From: Ophelia neglecta
Lineage: Eukaryota
NCBI GenBank assembly: GCA_965285935.1
Contig: OZ260664.1
Coordinates: 15,004,001-15,068,000, forward strand
Length of the DNA stretch: 64,000 nucleotides
Direction of reading: 5' to 3'
The position numbers were made by a program, and so were the translations under genes. Every line of letters starts with the position of its first letter. Position 1 is the first letter of the stretch. Of the stretch, positions 53,301 to 64,000 are shown in pieces. Below the pieces are notes generated by a model. The model did not search any database and was not told the DNA's origin. It was given only the letters and a program-made list of their open reading frames with translations.

Positions 53301-55786
53301 AATAAACACACATCCTGTTCTCTGTATAGCGCAATACGCTCGACACTCCATCCTGTCTACGACAAACTAGTGGCATGTTTTTACGTGCCCTTTTCATCTC
53401 AACCATACCAAACAACGAATTATGATAAAGCCCAATTGACAAAAAATATTCCTTTTAGGTTTGTAGCGTTATTCCTGTTTGCGAAAACAATATAAACTCC
53501 AATACACGGAATAGTCACCTTGAGTGAATGAAGGATTGTCAGGGGATAACATAATTATCGCCAGAATTTTACCAGAGAATTGGTTTACTGCATATCTAGT
53601 ACAAGCCTGTTCCTTTAAAGCGTTTACCACTGAATCTGAATGACCCTGGACAATATCCACACCAATGTTCTACATCCGATATGCACGATAATGGCCTGGG
53701 ATAAAACAAATTAACAATAAATTTTCCACTACTAGTACCAGTTGGTTTTGCACTGGTCCTCGCTTGTTGTATTTCTTATCAACGCCATTTAATTTAGAAT
53801 TGCACAATATGAATTTATAGTTGAGAAACATATTATTTAGCAAAGTGACATACATTTATAAGCATGCATTAATAGCAAATACTGACAGCCGTTTAGGGCA
53901 ACAGAGTGAAATGTGATCCCCAAGGACTTGCCACTAAGTGACAGTTCCCGAGGCCGCATCCCGAAGTATATAGCAAGTTATCCCATCGAGATAATTGGAA
54001 AGTGAAACACTTTCGTTAGTCGACGGATTAATATTGTCCGATTGGGGTCATTTCATGTTTAATCTCCAAGTAGAAATTTTGTGTGCAGAACTCTTTGTCA
54101 CCAATTCAATATATATAGCCTGTGACCTTACCAGTATCAAAACTATAACTCATCATTCATTGGAGTGCTTTGTCTCTGTGACAAGCTGTATTAATAGACT
54201 ATATACAAGGAGGACACCCGAACATTATTGATGCACCATATATTGTGGTAGGTGTTTGCAGGTCAACTAGCAAAATAACCAATAACTACGAAACCTGCTC
54301 GCTTTTTGATATTTGATGTATTCCGTGCACGGACTAGGAGCAGGCATGCAATTTCTGATGGTTTCTATTAGATGGCATTTGATTCGTCGTATGTTGTGGA
54401 GACAAGTTAAAATCCAACAACGTAGAACAAACTGTTAAATTGAATTAAGCGACAAAATCGGTCTTTATTTTATCTCTTTAACGCCGAGATCCACACCAGT
54501 CATGAAGTTTGACATGTTGCTTTGATTTTCAATCCTCAACTGACATCTAAGGTCTCAACGTCTTTTGTAAACTGTTTTTTTTTTCGACATAAGCCGGTGG
54601 AATGCAACCGTGCGTTTCCTTATAAAATGCGTGTTTGTAAGCTTAATGGGTTTTTTGGTGGAAGGGGGGATACGCAAATTATGATGCACGACAAATGAAA
54701 CGCAAGACTGTCAGCCTTACTCTGTGGGTTGCTTTTGAACAGTTTGTGTTTTGTCATTCTATGAAGCACAATGCCTTGCAATGCTTGACTTCACCAGGTG
54801 CAAAATGAAACAAATGAAGAGCCTTTTTATATTTCTTGCATATTTGAAGAGTATTTTGAGGAAGAAAAAAGTGAACCTTACATATCGTAATTATTAAAAA
54901 GTCTCCAATTGATTGCCTACTACGAAGCGGACAATTATAAAAGTAGTTCTGGTTATTAAATGCCCAACCTTAACACCATAATGTAAAAAACAGTGCTTAT
55001 TGCTGAGGCCTGGATTGAGAGGATCATTGGAAAGTATGATATTCGATTGAACACTCTCGGAGTCTCAGTAATTCTTCCCTCGTATGTCTCTTCATGAGAT
55101 GAGCAGCCAGAGTCGAATGGGAAAACCGTTTATTTCATCATGCTTCATGTCTTTTAGGCTTGGGTTCCCTGAAAGTATTCTATACTATTCCCCTGAAAAT
55201 TTCAATCCCAAATTTTCTTACTAGTTTCTGGTTAGTTTTTATAAGTTCTGGTATTTCACGTATAGTTGTCCAAGTGATCATTGTACATTAATTGATTACT
55301 TCAGCGAATTGCCCACCGAGATATTTTAGGCGTACAATAGTTCCGCTTGGATAGTTAGCATGTCAGCTGAGTGAGATGTCCCTGAATAGTGTTCGCATCT
55401 CCTGCTATTATAATTTATGTATTCGATCTTTAAATCACTCGCCTATGTAGACGCTATTAATGTTTTCGTCGATATAAAGTGAGCCCAACTGAATCCTTGA
55501 CAATAGAGCAAATTCCAGTATGGCTGGCGAATCCTGTGAAACGTCGAAAAATCACATGAATTTTTTTTTGTTGGGCAGTAACACGTGAATATATTGCAGT
55601 TAGAATATAGCTTTGCACTCCGGATAATTTAGATATAATGTATCATATATTTTCCGGGCCTTACTCCAGTTTTCTAGACAACTGGCTTTAAGGCATATTT
55701 TGAAATTGTGTTTGCTTTGGTCAGAGAATAACTTCGTTCTTCAAGCTTTTCTTCCCTCTTTTGACCAAAAATTTGGTGTGATAAAT

Positions 55787-57769
55787 CTACATTATTTCAG
55801 TCTCAGCTGTTAGTTGGGACACCGTTCGGACCGGTACATTACTAGAAGGACGTTGTGAAGGCTTTTGGTGACGTTTTCGCCGTACGAAGGTTGTGAGGAA
55901 AGCATTTCTAAACTTTGACCCGGTGACGCAGTACAACAGGAAGTTGATAGCGTAGTTGACGCGTGCCCACAGCATTGTAAATGTGTGTGCCAGGATGACT
56001 TCTGCGAGAAGATAATTGGTGTTGTCAGGCCAGGCGCCTCGGGCATCGCCTAAATAGAAAATAGCGCTTGGTAGGGTAGTTAGGAGGTACATGACCGAGA
56101 CTGCTACCAACATGACCGTTATGGATTTATGGCGCTCCGCAGTATCGCCTGTAATCTGTGACTGGCAGCGAAGGGTGCAAATAATAATCATATTTCCGAC
56201 CAGGATGATTGTCGAGGGTAGAAATGTATGCAGCGTCTGGTCCAAGGGTATCCAGACACTCTCATACCAGGTTTTCTCAGTAACATACATATTACATTCA
56301 GTTTTGTTCGAATCGGGCCAAAATTCTAAGCTGTATTTGAAGGGTATTTGAAGATTAATACCAAACAAAACTAAAGCCATTGCCCCAGTAAACAAGATGT
56401 TTTTCTTGGCAGTGAAGGTCGTTTTCCATTGTATGGGGAAGCATACGCAAACTACTCGTTCCAAAGTGATGAAAGCCAGAGTGCAGGATGACAGATGCCG
56501 GAAGTAGTATGTCCACATTTTGTGAAAGCGACAAGCAGCCGGCGACACCATCCGGAAATCAACGTGAAACATCGCATTTGCCCACCTGGAAATTTATAAC
56601 CTTTTGTTAAACCTTTGCACGCGAGCGCCGTATTTATATTATAACAAATATCAAGCGATAAAAAAAAACATGTTTCGTACCCGTGCGCACCCGTTGCATT
56701 GGGGTGAACTGGTTTATTCGAGTACAGTACAGCCGTAAATCAAATATGAATAAACCAATCACATTGCACCCAGCCCATTGGGCTATTTTTCCCTATTTTT
56801 AACACATGTTAGTGGTACAGCTAGGTGCGGATTGTAATTAATCAAAACGAGACTCCAGGTTAAACAAACCAGCAAACTCAATGGGTTAATTTATTAAGGA
56901 TCATCAACAAAGGCGGTCACATGAACAAAAAAACAATACATTAAGCTACTGCTCTCATTAACAGGTATATTTTCCTACGGCCCTTAATAGTATACTACAG
57001 TTAGGGATTAATTTCACATCTGCTATCCTTGTTCAGGATGTACAGCGTTCAAATGGGCACGAGGAAAAGTGGTCGTTCCTATCTGCGCCATTTGACAAAT
57101 GTGGTGCTTGAATTTCATATAATTATAATTTATATTCTAACTAAAAGTGGATATAAGCACACTTTGTCTTAATAGATTTAGTAATGGTGTAACGTTGTTC
57201 TCGCCCGAAACAAATGTACTATCGTGTACTATATCATTGTAGAGCAATATGAGTTTGCCTTATAATTAAAGAGATAGGTCGCAGAACAATGGAAAAATAT
57301 CAAGAATATAACATCTTTGACCCTTAGTTTCTATAAATAATTCACACATTTCAACTACATTGGTACTGCATCGATCAACATATTCGTTCATATAAATGTA
57401 TGCAAACGGAAATTGCATTATTTTAAAGTAAGACCTAAAGGAGGCTACTGACCATCGCAAATTGCCGATGAGATGACCGGTGTCTGCCACGGCGAGAAGA
57501 GTTAGACCGACTGTTGATGGTGAGGGTCCGTACGCCCGTGAATGCAAAGTGGCTAGGGTGAGGAGGTTACCCGCCACACCTACCACTAACAGGACGGGTA
57601 ACACCACCTTCGGCAGGATGACGGCCGCCTTGTAAGCCGCTAACTCATCCAAGGGAGTTTCGGCTATCGATGTCCCAAAATCTTTTTCAGGGGACACAGT
57701 TATAAAGTCCCATTGCTCCGTAAATGCGGTCTCCCTTCGCTCCTGTACTGACATAGGCGTCCCCTCCAT
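55787..57769 (-). CDS. Class A (rhodopsin-like) peptide GPCR, FMRFamide/GPR139-142-like orphan group, ~371 aa; exons 57769-57453 and 56585-55787
   Basis: TM1 GVAGNLLTL, TM2 LAVADT, TM3 C...TLERV, TM5 FLP, TM6 YLLTTLP, TM7 NYAINFLLYC, helix 8 GSKFR. Phase-2 intron tg|gtcagt...tttccag|g gives LRWWANAMFHVDFR. Confidence 0.92.
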
Positions 57770-60700
57770 GTTAATAGTCGGATGCTTATAACGGTGGCAT
57801 GATGAAAGTAATATTGCGGATATTGGAACCGTTAGAATTGAATGCCCAGTATATATTACACTCGCTGCCACACACCAAGCTGACGGCGCACAGTCCCGGG
57901 CGTATCAGTCATCTGAAGGAAGTGGGGACCATTGAGCATCAAACAACACCGTAGCCAATGAAACCGGGAGACGTATATCCATCGTAACTCTGGTATTTTA
58001 TGAGGGATGTGGGGAATGGAAACGCCGCCTGTCTTTAATGTAAATTAAAAAGGACCCATGTACTCTTGAATGATACACATACACCCTCCCACACCGCCCC
58101 TTAGTTTTTTTTGGAAATGGATATGATATGAAATGAGATCCACACTACAAAAAGGTAAATGATATGATTTAGCCATGTTTCTTTTTTATGTTACATGTCT
58201 TTGAACGCGAAAACGATTTTGCTCTTTTTATTTTGTTCTTGCCTTAACAGTCTTAATAGTCCTCTGACGGACAAGTCGTTCTTTGAATTGTCCTTTATTA
58301 TATATATACCAAACTGATGCACCGTCTGAAGAAATGAAACTGTTTTCTAAATAAAAGTTAAAGCCTGGTGGTTTTGAAAAGTGTAGAAGCAGCAAGGAGA
58401 TGATGATGGTTGGCGGGGGGGGGGGGGGGGGGGTCACAGATATGGATGTCATGGCTGTTGACAGCTAAGGAACAATTCGCTCTTAACTGCCCATATCATT
58501 TTTCATTTAAAAGTAGGGTCAGAAAAACTCATATTCCTTTCCTAACGTACTCTTTCTAAGAACAGAATAAGTGCGATGGGGAGGATCTGATCGTCGACAA
58601 TGAAGTTACTTTGTCAACAGTGTTGATCCAATATTTTCTGCCTGATGTAAGACGGAATCCGAGGGCTAAATTTATGCAAAGATAGTACTAGCCAAATTAC
58701 ATGGCTCGAGGGCATTTCTATGGTGTACTCATTTACACTTTCAATGCGCAAGTCATTTGCTCCAGGCGTAGGGAACCGAATTTTCCCACCACGCCGGTTA
58801 AATAGCGCTGTTTGGTGAAAGGGAAAATTTTGGCTTAGGACGCAGGGAGCAGATTGCTTGCGCCATGGCTACTAGGGTCAACATTGACTATGTAAACATT
58901 ATTATATTCCAAAGAACTGCCCTCGAAGCCATGGAACTTGGTTAAAATAGCACCACTTCTATTATTGTTCCCGTACGGGAATGTAATATTTAAACACAAC
59001 CATCAAGCAATATCTAAAACAGAAGCCACACTCTTTGGTTATATGTTACAACCACCAGATTCATGTATACTGGTCGAATCACCAAGCAGGGTATATTAGC
59101 TACTAAGACACATACTCGCAGTGATGAACTCTCTTTTATGACAGATCTCCTTTATTGTAATGCTCTATTGTTTGTCACTAAGCGTCATAAGTTTCAACAC
59201 TCAAACCTATCTTAATACCCAATTCAAAGCGTCAATACAGCATCGCCTTTTTGGTCGAATTGTCCATTACTCATGCCCATGTTTGCGCGTCCCAATGCAT
59301 ATACTCAGAACTTACAGGATGGAATTCAGAAGGCAATATTTGGCGGTGAACACACGACTCGCTTTGAATGGACCCCTGGTTGATTGCGCTAATGTAATAT
59401 TATTAATGACATATCATTTAGTAGCAATAATGTGCTATTGTGGGGTGACACATTATTTCAGTCTTTCTGAATAACCAATCCAGTATCGCAGTACATATAT
59501 CCATTGTTTATGTTGAAGTATATAAATATTCACAAGTCATTTAGATTAGACACAATGGTAGGCATGTCTGATAATAGCTAGTGTGTGTCACGTGACATAG
59601 CTCATTCTACAACGTTTCATGAAATGACAAGAGAACGAATGCTTAGCACATTAAACCTTTATCGTTTCAGTCATTGTTTTTTTATTGTCGTCTATACATT
59701 TAAATTTAAATTGATGAAATTCGTTTTTCTTGAATTGCAAATGCAAATGCCACATATATCGAATAGCCTTTAAGAATAATACGATATCCATATTTGAGCA
59801 CTTGTATGTCGGTTTTTAAAAGCAAACACTATGCAACAATCATATCAAAGAAAAACACCAGTACAGAAAACTCGATGATTCTCTATAAAAGAAAGCTGAT
59901 GAAAACTGTATTGGCGATGGACACTGAAATGGGGTGATAAACCTCTACCACAAGGCATAATATCAATCTGTACAAAATATAAAACAAACATTCAACATAG
60001 GAAAAAGAGTTCATAGACCATGAAAGCCACAACCAACTATTAAACACCGAGGTAAGGAAAATAATCCTGACCACGTAACCTACACGATATGCAACCATTA
60101 CCCTAATAATTAAAGTATTTGAGTCCTTGCGCGGCTGTTTAAGGAGACAACATAATCTTAAGTTTCCTGAACAGACCGAATCGTAGGCGAAATAATGACA
60201 TTGTACATCATGGTACAGAATTAAAAGGAACCTATAAGCATTCCGGGATATGTTAGTGTTCATACAAATGCGAACATATTTTGTGAACTATATCGTATTT
60301 TCTTATTAAGTAAAGACGACTTAACTCGGCAGCCAATTGTCCACTTTCTAATATTATCTCATGAGAAGCGCATTTCTGGTTTTGGAATTAGTATTGCACT
60401 AGTGTAGTAAGTTGCTTATGTTTATTCAGCTGGTGAACAGCATGTTGTTGGAATGGCGGCAGCATGAGCGTGGCGTGCAATAAGAAATGTAAAACAATCA
60501 GGCTAGGTAGGTAACTAGAAAACGAAGGGCACAATATTCAAAAAGGCAGTGCTAGACTTACTGACCAATGTCCTGTGAGATTGATTGGGAAGCTCCCAGA
60601 CGATAAAGATATTTACAATCACGATTCTTGGCGAGATCAAACAAGTATTTCACATTTCGTCTAAGAATATCCGTCCCTTTTCATATCACTTGATGGAAGG

Positions 60701-62718
60701 AAACAAATATATGATGCCATTGAGGATAATATGGTGAATCATGGTACCCCGATGGAATAAATTATAAACGGTTGTATCCTGAGGCCGCAATCTGAGTGAT
60801 ATAGCAGCTCCGCACTTATTCTGAAGTAGATTATTATAAGCCATGTTGCTCAATATATGCCAGCCACTCCTCAAATTGGATATTTAACGGGCATTGGTCG
60901 AGTTTGGAGAGGTCGGAATTTTATTATATAGACGTAATTTACACTTTCAAACATTGACCAATACTCAACCACTGTTTCCGTTTCTAAAGCACTTGACCTA
61001 CTTTTAGCCGGTCAATAGCTATTGATACATGATTGGTCCCTTACTCTTGACTACTTACTGGCTCTCCAATTTTTGGTAAACTGTGTGCTCTGAAATACCC
61101 TAAGTGACCTTATCTGCATATTTATTTAAAGTATATAGAATTGGTGTATTTTTTAAAATCCTAACTATGTTATAAAGGTGTGGTAAATTAGTGTGCTCAG
61201 TATCAAACATTTCTAGAAACTGTTTTTCTTCCATGTACTATACATAGTGAATCTAAAACAGCATCTGCTAGTATGGAAACAATTAACGTTGTAATATGAT
61301 GTTCATCTGCAGCTGTATTTTGTTGTCTATGTAAACATGGCACATCTGCCCGCTTTGATAGCTTATTTTCTTCCTGCTTCATGAGGACTTGTGATGTAAT
61401 GTCAGGGTCACGAAGAGATATTTTTAACAGATTTTTTATAGCTAGACTGGCGAAGACCATTGTCATGCTCGCCATACAGCATTCCCGGGGGTTTTCACTG
61501 TGTTTGGCACTGCCTTGCCTCTGTTGTCAACTCAAATCTAAGAGTTCTGTTCAGCTGTGTATCGTACTACTGGCCTGTTGATGTCGTTTGTTCCTTAGAG
61601 TTCATTCAGGTCGTGCCCCTGGAAGGAGTTGCATACTTCTGCTTTACGTCATGGAAAACTGATAAGTGTTTCTTAGATTACCTATGCCTATCCCATTACA
61701 GCTGCAGGTAGAATACCCATCTATTGTGCGTGCCGAGAATGTGCACTGATTTTTCACGTGATGGGTCAGACAGCTGTTGGTGTTTGAAGTATTACTGCAA
61801 ATATGAAATGCTGTGGTTACGCTCAGTTTTCTCCGCAGATACCTTTCCAGAGCCTAGTCAGGCAACAAGGTTCAGAGTGACAGACCCCACATGCTTTTGC
61901 CTGTTATTGTATGGTAACAAATATCGTTAGTTCGTAGATATTTACGGAGGGTTATTTCTGCGTTCTTCTAATAAACCGATTAATAATGCCTTATATTGAG
62001 TTACCTAAAGGTACCAATATTAAGTATACCACGAGCTACGAATACTTTAGAGTTGAAAGACCCTGTCTACCCATCTGATTAAATTATGGTACTCGATCAA
62101 CCAATGGGAATGATTATAGACATGGCTTAAGAAATATTTTAAATTAGATCGTTGAAAGAAAAGTTCAATATAGGGTGTGCATTTAGGTTTAGGTTTGGGA
62201 GCGAGCACTTCATATAGGGATGGGGGGATGGCTTCGCTGCATATTTTCCGAAATATTGTACATTGGCATATACCTCCTCATTAATTTCGATTTGCCCAAT
62301 TTCCATTTAACAATACTAGAATAGGGCCGAAATGGAAACAGTCGTGTTAAAAAAGCCCAATGTTGATCCGTTTTAGTGGTGGGTCGGTAAATTTTGCCAG
62401 TTCACGCTCTCGGAGGCTACCCCCGTGTATCCTTCGTTGCTTTATGCGTGAAGACAGGGTTGAATAAGATTGAAGGCAGAAGATTAATGATCTTAAAATG
62501 CGTGCTACCCCATTTACGTGTGACAATTATGATCATAGCTCAAGAGCACACAATCATTGGTGTTATCCCGCACAGCTTGTCTACATCTGTGTAGTGATTT
62601 CCCAATGTCAGGGTTTTCCTTGAGATTTCGTTCGCCGGGTCATCTGAGTGTACCTGCTGTGTGTGACCGCACATCGACACCTGTAGTGTTTCTCAATGCC
62701 GCGGCCTCCTGATGACTC

Positions 62719-63021
62719 CCGGGGCCTGCACTCCAGATTAAAAAAGAGGACATATGAAGTTTCCCAAATGTTAAAAAATGTAGCCCCTTTTCCAATGATT
62801 TCTGATTATACACCCTTTTATCGTGAAAACGCTGATACTTTCACCTTCAAACAAATACTGACATTTTCCTTTTGACCTGGTGATTCGACCAGATTAACGT
62901 TAGATATATCACCATAAACAACCATGGATACCTTCTGGCCAACCATTTCAAAAAATATCCCTTTTTCGCGAGATTTGAAACGATCGTGCGTATGAGTTTG
63001 CTCAGGAGGTGCAGGCCCCGT
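62719..63021. mobile_element. MITE / non-autonomous DNA transposon, ~300 bp, 9-bp TSD (Mutator-like signature)
   Basis: TIRs ccggggcctgcac ... gtgcaggccccgt, flanked by tgatgactc (62710-62718) and tgatgattc (63022-63030). Confidence 0.8.
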
Positions 63022-64000
63022 TGATGATTCAGTTAACGGGGGGATCTCGGTGTGAGCCTAACGAATTGCTACAGTCCTTGAACCACTCCTGGTAACACTT
63101 GGCGTTCATGACTAAAACACATCATTTTGTTTATGCAAATAAAATAGTGATCATAGGAACACCCAGCAACAATATTGAAAGAAACAAGATGCAGGCCTGG
63201 CAATCCCAGCTGTGTGCAGTGTGAGATCAAAATATAAGCTAATCCGTATCGGCCTAACAGTATGGTTTTCTCCGTGTCGTGCGCAAACCGTCAGAAAACA
63301 TAGGATTGATTCACAGTGAATTTTTTTTAACTATTCAATGTATAATGCATCTCCTGGGTGCATCTAGAATGAGCTGTGGGAAGAAGAGTTATATTCTACA
63401 TGTGAAGTAATGTTAACTGCTGTGCGGTGAGCACGCAAAGCATTTTGGCATTGTATTGTGTAGTGCGTTTGGTAAGCCCCTTGTTGTTCGCTTCCTCTTT
63501 CTCCAGTTTAGACTAAGATACGCGAATAAATACTTGTATTGAATCTACTAGTTTTACTGGCGTGTTTTATATGTCTCTTTTTATATTTTAATTGAGTTAT
63601 ATTGGCAGTTGACATAATGAGCTTTCTCAGGCATCGCAACCCAGGGTACCTTTTGTTGATTTACAAATATATAAACAAGCTTGGCTACGGAAGGATGAAT
63701 GGAAGTAACAACTCATCCTGTCGGGCCCCAAATAAATACTACTGTCCCCAACCATTCAACCACCAGTAAGTGAGACAAATCATTACTTAAACCCATGATA
63801 TGAAAGCCTTGTTAAAAAAATCGAGAAATCCACATTTGGTAGCAAAATAATCTACAATATCAGTCGTCTTTATTTCGCAACCCTTACCCGTTAATCCTAA
63901 AATATGTATAAGGTATAAATTGGATTGTTAGCATTACCATGATGTTCATCTAGGTCTAGTAGCAGATACTAGGAAGCCAATGTCGATTTCACCATACATT

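Noticed and set aside
57266-57452. ORF-track extension of GPCR exon 1, and the alternative donor at 57434
   Set aside because: This is intron read-through. The gtcagt donor after 57453 is closer to consensus and gives a normal ECL1.
59320-59410. Minus-strand PFKASRVFTAK as a GPCR pseudogene fragment
   Set aside because: Only a short ICL2-like similarity; no TM3 ER motif or TM4 around it.
1-64000. Most remaining 60-100 aa ORFs in the track; tRNA and rRNA genes
   Set aside because: Many ORFs start at TTG/GTG and have the composition of random AT-rich DNA with no motifs. No cloverleaf or rRNA signatures were seen by eye; tRNAscan-SE and cmscan would be decisive.

Overview
AT-rich, intron-containing animal DNA. 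The gene and repeat styles suggest a marine invertebrate, probably a lophotrochozoan (inference only). Four host genes are well supported: (1) the 3' part of a Trk-family receptor tyrosine kinase (+, 9 exons traced, 73-3966), with TM segment, NPxY site, full kinase with DVYSTDYYR, and a C-terminal YLEL site; (2) a TMEM272-like 4-TM protein (+, 3 exons, 45296-46371, 5' exon not found); (3) an intronless single-pass PY-motif membrane protein (+, 50032-50385); (4) a two-exon rhodopsin-family peptide GPCR (-, 55787-57769). The ~40 kb between Trk and TMEM272 is mostly decayed mobile DNA. It holds a non-LTR retroelement remnant with a 2A/StopGo-like motif (GVERNPGP) ahead of an L1-type coiled-coil ORF1, a BEL/Pao remnant between two diverged direct repeats that share a near-identical hairpin, a 33-bp minisatellite, and several orphan exon-like segments. 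Two of those segments are paralogous and show a clear synonymous-substitution signature. A MITE with a 9-bp TSD lies near the window end. No rRNA, tRNA or CRISPR array was found. All homology calls come from motif recognition by eye, not database searches.
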